A DNA stretch of 63,760 nucleotides from a virus (lineage: Duplodnaviria; Caudoviricetes), in IMG/VR virus record IMGVR_UViG_3300036791_001402, positions 1-63,760 of that record; one strand, given 5' to 3'. The notes beneath the pieces were generated by a model. The model saw only the letters and a list, made by a program, of their open reading frames with translations. It had not been told where the DNA came from and searched no databases. Each line of letters begins with the position of its first letter. Within the stretch, counting starts at the first letter, position 1. Below, piece by piece: positions 1-9,038 of this stretch. A program made the translations under genes and the position numbers.

Positions 1-126
1 CCGCCGGTCATGCCATCGACATCGTGACTCTGGTCAACGAACTGGACCGGCATAACGAGACCAGGGAGATCGGGGGCGCGGCGTATTTGGCCTCCCTGAC
101 CGAAGGTCTTCCCCGCCGGCCGGTGA
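1..126 (+). repeat. Terminal direct repeat, copy 1 (assembly overlap of a circle)
   Basis: ccgccggtcatgcc...ccggccggtga is identical to 63626-63751. Confidence 0.97.
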
Positions 127-1145
127 TCGATGAATACATCCGCATCGTTGCCGACAAGTCGCTGCTCCGCCAGTTGATCAAGATCTCGACCGATGCCATT
201 GCGAGGGCTGTCAACGAGGAAGATACCGGCGCGGCCCTGATCGACGCGACAGCGGCGACTCTCGCCAAGGCGGTCGCCGATTGCCGGGTGAGGTGGCATG
301 TGATCCCCGACCGGGATTTCCTGATCGGGGCGAACCGCTTCATGCTGGGGGGATCCGTCGAGGTCGAGTGGCGGGTGGATGGATTGGTTCAGTTAGGCGG
401 GAACGGAGTGGTGGTGGGGGATCCGGGGGCCAGCAAGAGTCTGCTCTGCCTCGACATGCTTTTGCACATGGTTGCTGGATGTTCGTGGCTGGGGAAGACG
501 ATTCCGAAGCGGGTGAAGTGCGCGTTGGTTTCCCGCGAGGACCATCCCAACCTGACCCGGCAGCGGGCGCGACGGTTGATCGAAGGTCTGCCTGAGAACG
601 TCTACGAGGCCTTGCAGGAGATCAACCTCGATGACTGGATGTGGATCAACAGCCGGGCCCAGGCGGAGACCTTCTCGCTCGAGAAGGAAGCCGATGTCGA
701 GGAGATCATCGTCAACTTCAAACGCCGCGGGGTGGAGTTTGCGGTCTTTGACGTTTTCCGGCGCCTGTGGGAAGGGGACGAAAACGACAATACCCAAGTC
801 GCTCATGTGCTCTCGGTGCTGACCCGGATCCAGACCGAGTGCCAGTGCGACCTCGTCCTCCTGCACCACCTTTCCAAGGCAGAGGGCGGAATCTTTAACC
901 GCATCCGGGGCGCGTCCTCGATCTACGGCTGGCGGGAATGGGCCTTCGGGGTCAGCGTGGAGAATTCCGATGCCGCCGCCACGGAGCGGGTTCGCAAGAT
1001 CGTGTTCGACACCAAGGCCGATGCTGCTTCGCTGCCCATCTACTACCAGATCCGCAATTCCCCGCAAAAAGTATCGATTGTCCTTGCCGATCCTCCGGCA
1101 AAGTCTGAAACTTCCAAAACCCGCAGTAGAAGGAGAACTCCATGA
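3..1145 (+). CDS. Replicative helicase, 3' part (end of DnaB N-terminal domain plus RepA/AAA_25-type ATPase); gene starts at 63337 across the circle join, 477 aa in total
   Basis: IGGAAYLASLTEGLPRRP...EYIRIV (DnaB-N); Walker A GDPGASKS; VFDVF Walker B; HHLSK and IRGASS RepA-type motifs. Confidence 0.85.
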   Translation, partial: AGHAIDIVTLVNELDRHNETREIGGAAYLASLTEGLPRRPVIDEYIRIVADKSLLRQLIKISTDAIARAVNEEDTGAALIDATAATLAKAVADCRVRWHVIPDRDFLIGANRFMLGGSVEVEWRVDGLVQLGGNGVVVGDPGASKSLLCLDMLLHMVAGCSWLGKTIPKRVKCALVSREDHPNLTRQRARRLIEGLPENVYEALQEINLDDWMWINSRAQAETFSLEKEADVEEIIVNFKRRGVEFAVFDVFRRLWEGDENDNTQVAHVLSVLTRIQTECQCDLVLLHHLSKAEGGIFNRIRGASSIYGWREWAFGVSVENSDAAATERVRKIVFDTKADAASLPIYYQIRNSPQKVSIVLADPPAKSETSKTRSRRRTP

Positions 1146-1324
1146 TTGGATTCCTGATAACCCTGTTGGTCGTCATCCTCGTAGTCGGTCTCATTTTCTG
1201 GGGACTGATGCTGTTAGGCGTTCCCCAGCCCTGGCTCAATTTCATCCGGGTGGTGGTGGGACTGATCGTGCTGATCTGGGCGCTCTACCGCTTGCTGCCG
1301 CTGACAGGAGTTCCGTTGAGATAA
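1142..1324 (+). CDS. Small two-TM membrane protein
   Basis: Two hydrophobic stretches; AGGAG RBS; ATGA overlap with the helicase. Confidence 0.75.
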   Translation: MIGFLITLLVVILVVGLIFWGLMLLGVPQPWLNFIRVVVGLIVLIWALYRLLPLTGVPLR

Positions 1325-1336
1325 GGAGGATATTGA

Positions 1337-2287
1337 ATGACGAACAAAGGAAAACTCTCCACTCACCTGTGCGAATGCAACTGCGGGAAGGTGACGCCCA
1401 TTGCCACCCGCAATGATGTGCGGCGGCATCAGGTCAAAGGTCAGCCGGTGCGCTTTCTGCCCGGACACAATTGCGGCCCGAAGCGTCTGCGCGAGGAATT
1501 GGTCAGGCAGCAGGACGAGATCACCGTGGAACTGCTGGAAGAGATGCGGAGCTGGGACGACCGCAGGGTTGCCAACCGTCTTGACGGGCGCATGCGAAGC
1601 CTCGAACGCTGGCACAAATCGACCTTTGTTGAGATCGGCCTAATCTGTCTGGAGATGTCTGAGCGAAAGCTCTGGACGAAGCTGGCCGATCCGGCGACCG
1701 GGGTGGTTTACACCAGCTTTGATGGCTGGCTTAAGCTGGCCGCCCCGGTGTCGCAGTCGACCGGCTATGCGGCTATGACCGCCCTCAAAAAGCTGAACGG
1801 GGTGGTATCTACGGCGGACCTGTTGCAGATGCCTCGGGGCAACGTGATGACGGTCTCCAAGCTGTCTAAAAAGACACGGGCATCGACGGTGACCGTCAAC
1901 GGTCATGCGGTGCCGATTGTCGAGGCGGCCAAGTCTCTGACCGAGGGGCAACTGCTGGACCGACTCGATGCCGAGTATCCTAACGAGCACCTGGAACCTG
2001 CCAAGAAAGTGATCGCCCGTCCCACCCGCTCCCAGCGCAGTGTGATCGATCAGGCCATTGAGATCGCCATGGCGCTCGAGGAGTGCCGCACCCGCGAGGA
2101 GGCGCTCGAGGCAATTGCCGTGGCGTATATTCAGGACAATTTAGTGCGCTACGATCAGTTGATGGATCCCCAGAACAGGCTCAGGGAACGCGCCCAGAGG
2201 GCCGAGGACGCGTCCGTAGCCTCCGTGCCATGCCAGGACATGGCGGAATCGCCGGCAGCGTCTGGCGAGGCCGCAGGGGCGAATTAA
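1337..2287 (+). CDS. Hypothetical protein with N-terminal CxCxCG...RFxxGH metal-binding motif
   Basis: AAGGAGG RBS; CECNCG...KGQPVRFLPGHN motif seen in phage nuclease-associated proteins. Confidence 0.7.
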   Translation: MTNKGKLSTHLCECNCGKVTPIATRNDVRRHQVKGQPVRFLPGHNCGPKRLREELVRQQDEITVELLEEMRSWDDRRVANRLDGRMRSLERWHKSTFVEIGLICLEMSERKLWTKLADPATGVVYTSFDGWLKLAAPVSQSTGYAAMTALKKLNGVVSTADLLQMPRGNVMTVSKLSKKTRASTVTVNGHAVPIVEAAKSLTEGQLLDRLDAEYPNEHLEPAKKVIARPTRSQRSVIDQAIEIAMALEECRTREEALEAIAVAYIQDNLVRYDQLMDPQNRLRERAQRAEDASVASVPCQDMAESPAASGEAAGAN

Positions 2288-2290
2288 CCC

Positions 2291-2605
2291 ATGGCGTATT
2301 TTCCGAAGCCGAAAGACATCGAGCGGGAGCCGGAAGCGGTCCACGTCAAGCCGGATGGGACCGAGCAGTGCAATCTGGCGACCGCTCAGGGGCGGGAAGA
2401 ATACCTGCTGCGGAAATACATCGCGTGGGTTCGGCAGGGCAAGGTCTGCTATCTCTGCCATCAGCCGCTGGCCTGGCGGGATGTGACCGCCGACCACTGG
2501 CAGCCCCGGGGCATGGGCGGGGCGCGGAGGGATGACCGGCAGGGAAACATCCGGGCCGCGCACTGGCTCTGCAACCAGAAAAAGGGGTCGCGGCGCATCG
2601 GTTGA
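2291..2605 (+). CDS. HNH endonuclease
   Basis: CYLC...TADHWQPRGMGG...NIRAAHWLCNQKKG. Confidence 0.85.
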   Translation: MAYFPKPKDIEREPEAVHVKPDGTEQCNLATAQGREEYLLRKYIAWVRQGKVCYLCHQPLAWRDVTADHWQPRGMGGARRDDRQGNIRAAHWLCNQKKGSRRIG

Positions 2606-2808
2606 AGGTTTTTTACAGGAATCGGGGATTGCCAGTTGCCTAAAGTTATTGAAATACCTGTAGAATTTCGCTGCATCGGGATATTACTTGAGCGATGTGA
2701 ACTGCCGCGACGTTCCTGCACCCAATGTTGGTACGCGGATGGTCACGGTAACCCCACGCTGGTGAAGATCGCGATTTTCGAGGAAATACGCCTGAAGGGC
2801 AAGATTCA

Positions 2809-3231
2809 ATGACGGACATCAGCTTTGTTACCTACACGCGACCGGAGCCGCAGGGATCGATGAAGGGCTTCGTGCGTCAGGGCAAGCCTGTAGTCACGTC
2901 TGACAATCCCAAAATGCGTCCCTATCGCGACGAGGTGACGCGCAACGCTGTCTACGAGCTGGCCAAGGCCAACCTCCCGCGCCCTCTGGCGGGGAAGCAT
3001 GTGCCGGTGAGCGTGGTTTACGATTTTCATTTCTCCCGACCTCCGTCGATTCCGAAGAAGCGGCATCATGTGGTAGTCAAGCCGGATTTTGACAAGCTGG
3101 CGCGCAGCACGACTGATGCTCTGACCGGCGTTCTCTACGTCGATGACGCGCAGATTGTCGAGGCCAGCATTCGCAAACACTACGGAACCCCGGAGCGGGT
3201 GGAGATTTCGGTGACCGTGCTGGAGGAGTAG
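2809..3231 (+). CDS. rusA: RusA-family Holliday junction resolvase
   Basis: PQGS N-terminal motif, KPDFDKLARSTTDAL, DDAQIV. Confidence 0.88.
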   Translation: MTDISFVTYTRPEPQGSMKGFVRQGKPVVTSDNPKMRPYRDEVTRNAVYELAKANLPRPLAGKHVPVSVVYDFHFSRPPSIPKKRHHVVVKPDFDKLARSTTDALTGVLYVDDAQIVEASIRKHYGTPERVEISVTVLEE

Positions 3232-3282
3232 CACGTTCGCAATCCGTTAGCGCAGTAGCAACCTCTCAGAAGGAGAAGTCTT

Positions 3283-3900
3283 ATGCCCGAAAAAATTCTT
3301 GCTTGGATCGTTCCGGTAGATACGGAGAACCACCCCGCACACCCCATCGCTCCCGGTGGTCCGCCACCTTACCCGTCGCATCCAATCCCGCCGACGGTCT
3401 GGCCAGAGCCTCCTGGTGGTGGCAGTGAGCCTCCTCTTGGAATCTGGGGACCGAACGATCCTCGACCAACTCCGCCGATCTATATTCCCGGCGCACCAGG
3501 TGGGAAGCCGCCCGGCATTTGGGGGCCAACCGACCCGTTCCCGACAAATCCTATCGTGATCCCGCCAAACCTGATCGGACCTGGCGTACCAGCGCATCCG
3601 ATTGTCATTCCGCCCCCGACTGCGCCCGGACACCCGGCACACCCCATCGTCCTGCCGCCGGAAATCTGGCCACCGGATCACAGGCCGACGCACCCCATCG
3701 TGCTCCCGCCGCCAATCGTGACGTATCCACCGCGTCCGACGCACCCCATTGTTCTCCCCGATCCACCACCCGATGGCCCATTGCCTCCAGTGACGGTTCT
3801 GGAAAACTGGGACGTGGTCGCGTACTGGACCCCTGAATCTGGCTGGGCGATGGCTATCGTCCCGGTTGGGGAGCAGCCCGTCGTTACACCGTCGAAGTAA
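3283..3900 (+). CDS. Proline-rich repeat protein (P-x-H-P-I-V-L/I-P-P repeats)
   Basis: AGGAG RBS; about 8 HPIxxP-type repeats; non-repetitive Trp-containing N- and C-termini. Confidence 0.75.
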   Translation: MPEKILAWIVPVDTENHPAHPIAPGGPPPYPSHPIPPTVWPEPPGGGSEPPLGIWGPNDPRPTPPIYIPGAPGGKPPGIWGPTDPFPTNPIVIPPNLIGPGVPAHPIVIPPPTAPGHPAHPIVLPPEIWPPDHRPTHPIVLPPPIVTYPPRPTHPIVLPDPPPDGPLPPVTVLENWDVVAYWTPESGWAMAIVPVGEQPVVTPSK

Positions 3901-3989
3901 ACGGGGGAAAGGGGCCGGTGCCGGGGGAAGTCCGGTCCCTGATTTTCTTGGTTAAAATTCTCACATCATTTTCACGAGAGAGGAATCAC

Positions 3990-4778
3990 ATGTCATCGAC
4001 CATCACCGTGCCTTTCACCGGCACCATCACTGGCGGAACCATGACCTACACTCCTCCTCCAGGCAGCGGCACTCCGCCGCCCGGAGGAGGTACACCCCCA
4101 CCCACAGGATCGGATGGCATTCCCGATGCCATGCCCGTGATCCCGTTTGGCGCCCTGACCACCGGGATCCTGGACGCCTACGACGATCAGCCCTGGAAGT
4201 CGACCCATGACGCCGATAGCGAGGGAGGCACGAAGAGCGAAGGAACCACGACGTACATCAATGCTGTCGAGGGACGTAATTTCAAGGTTACCTACGAGGG
4301 CAAATACAGCGGCCACCGCTTCTCTCTGTGGTGCGCCGACGACGCCGACAGCCTTAACTGGTGCTACGACCTCGAGGTGCGCTTCGCCAAGCCGGACGAA
4401 ATTCGCAACATGGAGCTGGACATCAACCAGGTTCTCGATGACGGGCGCACCGTCATCTACGACTGCCAGTGTGTTCCCAACGGCTGGGAAGTCGATTGCT
4501 GGAAAGAGACCCGCGCCAAAGGGAATCCGCAGCAATGGGGCACCGGCTGGCACCACGTCCGCATCTTCTGCAGCCGCTCGGCGGACGGCAACGTGACCAA
4601 CTGGATCGGGGTCGAATTCGATGGCGCGTGGAGAAACTTCAACTACCCGCCCGGCAACAGAGCTTTGGAATTGGGGTGGGATGAAAAAAGGATTGTCATC
4701 AATTTCCAGCTCGGTTCGGCCAAGGACTCCGGCGTGATGGAGGCCTGGGCGCGCAACATCCAGGTCTGGCGTTGGTAA
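3990..4778 (+). CDS. Hypothetical protein, possible concanavalin-like/carbohydrate-active beta-sandwich after a Pro/Gly/Thr linker
   Basis: GAGG RBS before ATG 3990; WHHVRI and INFQL motifs; Trp-rich. Confidence 0.6.
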   Translation: MSSTITVPFTGTITGGTMTYTPPPGSGTPPPGGGTPPPTGSDGIPDAMPVIPFGALTTGILDAYDDQPWKSTHDADSEGGTKSEGTTTYINAVEGRNFKVTYEGKYSGHRFSLWCADDADSLNWCYDLEVRFAKPDEIRNMELDINQVLDDGRTVIYDCQCVPNGWEVDCWKETRAKGNPQQWGTGWHHVRIFCSRSADGNVTNWIGVEFDGAWRNFNYPPGNRALELGWDEKRIVINFQLGSAKDSGVMEAWARNIQVWRW

Positions 4779-4779
4779 T

Positions 4780-5256
4780 ATGAACCGGGAACAGACGCGC
4801 AAACACATCGAAGGGCATGAAGGCCGGCGTCATGCGGTCTATCTCGATACGGTCGGAGTTATGACCGTGGGCGTGGGCATGAACCTCGAAGAGACCTCAG
4901 CGCGGCAGCGCATCGAAGCCCTCAAGGTAAACTACGAGGATTTGTGCGCCCAGCGTGCGGAGCTTACCGACGAACACATCAACCTTCTGCTCGAGGAAGA
5001 CATCAGTAATGCCATCATCACCGTGTCCCGGGTGGTTCCCAGTTTCTGGGACCATCCCGACGAGGTGCAGATGGCCCTGGTGGACATGACGTTCAACATG
5101 GGCAGCCCTCGCGTGGCGAAGTTCGTGAACATGATCGCGGCGCTCAACAGAAAAGATTACCTGGCGGCGGCTGACGCCATGGCAGACTCTCTGTGGGCTA
5201 AGCAAGTACCCAACCGGGCTGCTGCGGACATAGCCCTGGTACGTAGCGCGGCATGA
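4780..5256 (+). CDS. Endolysin, T4-lysozyme-like muramidase
   Basis: HEGRRHAVYLDTVGVMTVGVG (E-x8-D-x5-T triad), DMTFNMG, SLWAKQVPNRA. Confidence 0.9.
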   Translation: MNREQTRKHIEGHEGRRHAVYLDTVGVMTVGVGMNLEETSARQRIEALKVNYEDLCAQRAELTDEHINLLLEEDISNAIITVSRVVPSFWDHPDEVQMALVDMTFNMGSPRVAKFVNMIAALNRKDYLAAADAMADSLWAKQVPNRAAADIALVRSAA

Positions 5257-5266
5257 GGAGAGCGAA

Positions 5267-5608
5267 ATGAATATCGAGCCCAACGTGAAGAAGTGGTTCA
5301 GAACATCGGTGCTGGCGGGACTGGGAGGCGGGATCGCTGGGGCGTTCGCGGCGGCCACTGACGCCACCAAGTACAACTTCCCGCACGATCTCGGATCGGG
5401 CAAGCTCTGGAAGTTCTTCTTCATGGGCGCGGCCATCACTTTCGGCGGATTGCTGATCAAATCGCCGTTCGGCCAGCAGATGATGGGAGCCTACAAGCAG
5501 AGTCAGGAGGATCTGGCCGCTAGTCAGGCGGCACTCGAGGAAACCAAGGCCGCGCTGAAAGCTCCAATGGCTGAAGTCAAGTCCCCGTCCCCTCCCAAGA
5601 AACCCTGA
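5267..5608 (+). CDS. Putative holin / lysis membrane protein
   Basis: Two hydrophobic segments plus coiled-coil tail directly after the endolysin. Confidence 0.55.
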   Translation: MNIEPNVKKWFRTSVLAGLGGGIAGAFAAATDATKYNFPHDLGSGKLWKFFFMGAAITFGGLLIKSPFGQQMMGAYKQSQEDLAASQAALEETKAALKAPMAEVKSPSPPKKP

Positions 5609-5647
5609 AACGCTGGCGTAAAGGAATGATATCCGGGGACCAAAAGA

Positions 5648-5682
5648 AAAAGGCCGAACCCGGAAAAGCGGTTCGGCCTTTT
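5648..5682. terminator. Bidirectional intrinsic terminator
   Basis: AAAAGGCCGAACC/GGTTCGGCCTTTT inverted repeat between convergent genes. Confidence 0.85.
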
Positions 5683-5710
5683 CGTAAGGCTTGGGGTGTA
5701 GACGGGGACG

Positions 5711-5938
5711 TCAGCCTTTCTCGTCGTCCTCGTCTTCCTCTTCTTCCAGTTTAGATAAACGCATTTCGTGATCCAGTGCGATCTGCAGCGCGTAACGCCG
5801 CATGCGGTTCAAGCCCCGTTCCATCCGGGTGAGGCTTTTTTCAGTTTCGACCTGAGCTTTAAGCAGATCCTTATGCATACCGGCTAGCAGTTCAACTGAG
5901 TGGGTTAGTGCTTCCAGACGTTGATCAATGGTTGCCAT
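5711..5938 (-). CDS. Small coiled-coil protein with acidic tail
   Basis: AGGAG RBS; TIDQRLEALTHSVELLA heptad pattern. Confidence 0.7.
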   Translation of the reverse strand: MATIDQRLEALTHSVELLAGMHKDLLKAQVETEKSLTRMERGLNRMRRYALQIALDHEMRLSKLEEEEDEDDEKG

Positions 5939-5959
5939 TTTATCTTTCTCCTTTTTGGG

Positions 5960-6166
5960 TTACCAGTCTTTGGCGTATTCGACCAATTCCTTTTTGCTTT
6001 TACGCTTCTTCTTGGCCTTCCCGCGAGGACGCCCACGGGGCTTAGCGCCGTTCCACATCCGGCTGGTGCAGCGGGGACATTTCTGCGGGTCGGTGAGCGA
6101 TTCCCACTCCCACGCGCAGACCTCGCACCGGCAGTGCTGCACCTCGCGCACAACGGTGGTGATCAT
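5960..6166 (-). CDS. Zinc-ribbon protein with AT-hook-like basic tail
   Basis: CEVC...W...CPRC...W followed by KPRGRPRGK; ATGA overlap with the recombinase. Confidence 0.7.
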   Translation of the reverse strand: MITTVVREVQHCRCEVCAWEWESLTDPQKCPRCTSRMWNGAKPRGRPRGKAKKKRKSKKELVEYAKDW

Positions 6167-6822
6167 GTGACCTCCTTCTGGCTGGCGAGGATCTTGCGGA
6201 TGGTGCCGCCCGACCACGGAAGCCCGGAGCGGCTGAAGTGCTGTCCGTTATTCAACTGTCCGGCGATGGCTTCGCTCTTGAAACCGGTCTCCGCGAGGGT
6301 GAGCATCGTGGCAAGGATCATGCCTTCGCCGGGATAGGTGCCGTAGGGCTTGCGCCCCTCGCAGCGACCCTCCTTGGCCTTCTTGCGCTGCCGTGCGCCC
6401 CGGAGCTTGAGGACGATCATGGCCTTCTCGTATTCGGCGATAGCGCCGAAGATCTGCCGCACCAGCTTGCGCGAGGGATCCTCAGAGCAGAGGTCCGGCT
6501 CACAGGTGGAGATGAGCGTATAGCCGCTCTTCTTCATGTCGGAGATGATGGTTTCCGACACCATCAGGTCACGGGCAAGCCGGTCGAGCTTCTCAACGAT
6601 GATCGACTTGACTCCGTTTTCGGCGAGTGCGGCGAAGAGTTCGGCGAGGGCCGGACGGTCGTCCAATTCCTTGGTGCCGGAGACGCCTTCCTCGCGGAAG
6701 ACTTCCACGATCTCGATGCCGTTGGCTGCGGCGTATGCCTGGCAAGCCAGCAACTGACGGTCGAACCCGTCGCCTTCCACCTGGCCTTTGCCTGAGACCC
6801 TCAGGTATGCGTAAGCTTTCAT
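6163..6822 (-). CDS. Serine recombinase (resolvase/invertase family)
   Basis: YLRVS catalytic Ser motif, EEGVSG, RPAL, KLDRLAR, GRKPYG. Confidence 0.93.
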   Translation of the reverse strand: MKAYAYLRVSGKGQVEGDGFDRQLLACQAYAAANGIEIVEVFREEGVSGTKELDDRPALAELFAALAENGVKSIIVEKLDRLARDLMVSETIISDMKKSGYTLISTCEPDLCSEDPSRKLVRQIFGAIAEYEKAMIVLKLRGARQRKKAKEGRCEGRKPYGTYPGEGMILATMLTLAETGFKSEAIAGQLNNGQHFSRSGLPWSGGTIRKILASQKEVT

Positions 6823-6867
6823 GTTCCTATTCCTCAGTCCTTCTGGGGGTACAGGTCTTATTATCGT

Positions 6868-7056
6868 CTACTCTACCCGATTAATCAACTTTCTAAGGAT
6901 AAAGAGGGAAAGGACCAGCCAGATCAGTGCGCCCCAGACTCCTCCCCAGAGCAAAAAAAGAGGCAAAATCACGAAACTGGCGAAAAACCACAAGATTACC
7001 GAGGCCAGGCCGCGAGGCATCGGTGGCGGCGAGAAAGGCGGATCGTGTCTGCTCAT
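6868..7056 (-). CDS. Small membrane protein
   Basis: Hydrophobic ORF, translationally coupled to the upstream gene. Confidence 0.6.
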   Translation of the reverse strand: MSRHDPPFSPPPMPRGLASVILWFFASFVILPLFLLWGGVWGALIWLVLSLFILRKLINRVE

Positions 7057-7403
7057 CGTGCTTTCCTTTTCGTCCGGGTTACAGGAGCTGTAATTTTCGA
7101 GGCTTTGGAGGCCTGTGGCGGGGTTGGTTTTACTTCGGGAGGCGTGGGAGCCTCCCGGGGCGCGGGAGCCTCCGGGGCCGGTTTAGCCGCGGCGGGTGCC
7201 GCCACCACATTGAGTACTTCGTCCCTCATGTCTGGATGATCAGGATCAAAAATTCCTAATTCCTTTGTCTCAGCGGGCATGAGGTTGTAGGCAATCGCGT
7301 GGCTGAAGCTGTCGAGCATCTCGATCACCTGATCGTGGTTCTCGGTCTTGAGCAGCCGTCTGAGCAGGGTATTTAATTCCTGCCGGTCTTGGTCTGAGAT
7401 CAT
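7053..7403 (-). CDS. Hypothetical protein
   Basis: GGAGG RBS, ATG 7403 overlapping the upstream stop; Pro/Ala/Lys-rich tail. Confidence 0.65.
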   Translation of the reverse strand: MISDQDRQELNTLLRRLLKTENHDQVIEMLDSFSHAIAYNLMPAETKELGIFDPDHPDMRDEVLNVVAAPAAAKPAPEAPAPREAPTPPEVKPTPPQASKASKITAPVTRTKRKAR

Positions 7404-7936
7404 TTGTGATTTCCTCCATTGCGTTCTTTGAGCAATAGGCGCATCGGTTTGCTGGTGCGCCAGTGCAGGTTGAAGTTCTCGCCGGTCCATGGTTGCCGGT
7501 AGATCTTGTGATGGTCGCGTGGGTTGTCGAGTACGGTCGCATCGTCAAACCACGTCGCGTTGTCGGCGCGGCCCACGCTGAACTGGACGCCGATGTATGC
7601 CAGGCCTTCGTTCATCCACGTCGTGTCCGCCAGCTTGCCATCGACGTCCAGATTCCAGGCGTGGTGGACCGGCACCGGCAGACGAGGAGCTAGCGCCATG
7701 CCTTCGATATACGGCACCCCGTGCATGACTGCCGCGAACCACGCATTGCCGAAGCAGGATTTGGGTGCGCCTTGGATGGGTGGCGTTCCCGTGGGCCGAT
7801 ACCAGACCCCGTGCTGGAGCAGGAAGTCTTCCATGCCGTAATAGGGCAGCGACCTGTCGGTCATGGTCTTCCTCAGGTCGCGGAACTGTTCAAGGTACAG
7901 CTTCAGGTCGAGTTCGTGCTGGTTCAGATCCGTCAC
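7400..7936 (-). CDS. Conserved phage hypothetical protein with CFxNA...YxEG...HAW motif (possible Cys-His catalytic fold)
   Basis: KSCFGNA, YIEGMA, HHAWN motifs. Confidence 0.7.
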   Translation of the reverse strand: MTDLNQHELDLKLYLEQFRDLRKTMTDRSLPYYGMEDFLLQHGVWYRPTGTPPIQGAPKSCFGNAWFAAVMHGVPYIEGMALAPRLPVPVHHAWNLDVDGKLADTTWMNEGLAYIGVQFSVGRADNATWFDDATVLDNPRDHHKIYRQPWTGENFNLHWRTSKPMRLLLKERNGGNHK

Positions 7937-7937
7937 T

Positions 7938-8192
7938 TCAGTTCTCCCGGTACAGAAATTCCTGAAGCTCGATTAACTCCCCATATACCGCTAGGAGGCG
8001 CGAGAGGCGGTCCTCATGCTCTTCGATGGCCTGGGTGATAGCAGATGGTCCCTGCGGATAATAGTCGCGCCCGTTGGGGCCGGTCTGCTCAAGGGCGCGG
8101 ATGGCTTGGCGCAGGGTATCGATTCCCCGGTGGTTGTCTGCCTGCAGGTCTTTACGCGAGGTGCCGTTGAGGTGGATGGTGGGATAGATCAC
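7938..8192 (-). CDS. Phage hypothetical protein (PTIHLNGTS...PNGRDYYPQ)
   Basis: GTG 8192 overlaps the upstream TGA; the longer 267-aa call is an upstream extension. Confidence 0.7.
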   Translation of the reverse strand: MIYPTIHLNGTSRKDLQADNHRGIDTLRQAIRALEQTGPNGRDYYPQGPSAITQAIEEHEDRLSRLLAVYGELIELQEFLYREN

Positions 8193-8491
8193 AGGTGCGT
8201 CTCCAGTCCGGTGAAAGCGGTGAAGGTGGTCTGGAGGTCGGAAGCGTGGAGATGCTCGAAGGTCTCGATCACCCGCATCGACCAGTCGCCGCCCTTGCCG
8301 ACCTGCCACATGATCATGCGGTAGGTATCGTCGGGCTGGAGGACCACACAGACGTGGGTGACTTTGCTGACCGGTCGCGCCAGCTTCCAGCGCAGGGAAT
8401 GCTGGTCGCCGACTAAATACTTGGCGCCGGTCATGGCGACGAATCGCGACCCGCCCATCTGCTCGAGGATGGTTTTCGCAACGGCTGTCAT
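8189..8491 (-). CDS. Phage hypothetical protein (ILEQMGGxRFxAMTGAK)
   Basis: ATG 8491 in ATGA overlap; recurrent phage early-gene motif. Confidence 0.7.
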   Translation of the reverse strand: MTAVAKTILEQMGGSRFVAMTGAKYLVGDQHSLRWKLARPVSKVTHVCVVLQPDDTYRMIMWQVGKGGDWSMRVIETFEHLHASDLQTTFTAFTGLETHL

Positions 8492-8841
8492 GGCCTCGCG
8501 CCCCATTTCTGAGCAAGCCTGAAAGCCTTGCACGGGCAGTTACCAGCGCAACCAGATCCGGCCTCGCACTCCGGGGTGTGTTCGGATTTCTCATGTCCGC
8601 AGTAGGAGCACAACGGCTCGGGCGGGGGCATGGCGACGACGGGCATTTTGGTCTCCTTGGCGACTCGCGTGGTGTAGGTCTTGTCGGCATTGACCTCGGT
8701 TGAAAGCACCAGCGGCGGTTCCAGGCGGATCTCCCGGGCACGCACCTTGCGATGCCCGGGGTTGAGGTCGGTCATGATGGCGACGATCTCGCGGATCGCG
8801 GATCTGAGGTCGGCGAGAGTGACAACCCTGTGGGTGGTCAT
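8488..8841 (-). CDS. Hypothetical protein with C-terminal CxxCGH...H...C...C-x-C Zn motif
   Basis: AAGGAG RBS; coupled ORF. Confidence 0.65.
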   Translation of the reverse strand: MTTHRVVTLADLRSAIREIVAIMTDLNPGHRKVRAREIRLEPPLVLSTEVNADKTYTTRVAKETKMPVVAMPPPEPLCSYCGHEKSEHTPECEAGSGCAGNCPCKAFRLAQKWGARP

Positions 8842-9038
8842 GAGGTCTCCTTAGTGGTCCTGATCGCGATTACGCGGCCGGCGGGGTCGGTGACGCGATG
8901 AATGACGGTGCGGGTAGGTCTGGGTTCGTTCAGGTGGAAGCGGACGCTGTCGGGCCGGAAGCGGCATTCGATAGCGGGGTCGTGGTCGGCCTCGCACCAC
9001 GGGCAGGAGGGCAGGATGTGCGCCGGTCGGGTTCTCAT
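8838..9038 (-). CDS. Small hypothetical protein (CPWC...H...C)
   Basis: ATGA overlaps at both ends. Confidence 0.55.
   Translation of the reverse strand: MRTRPAHILPSCPWCEADHDPAIECRFRPDSVRFHLNEPRPTRTVIHRVTDPAGRVIAIRTTKETS

Noticed and set aside
1-126. 126-bp repeat as the physical terminal repeat of the virion DNA
   Set aside because: It falls in the middle of the helicase gene and its length is typical of an assembler overlap
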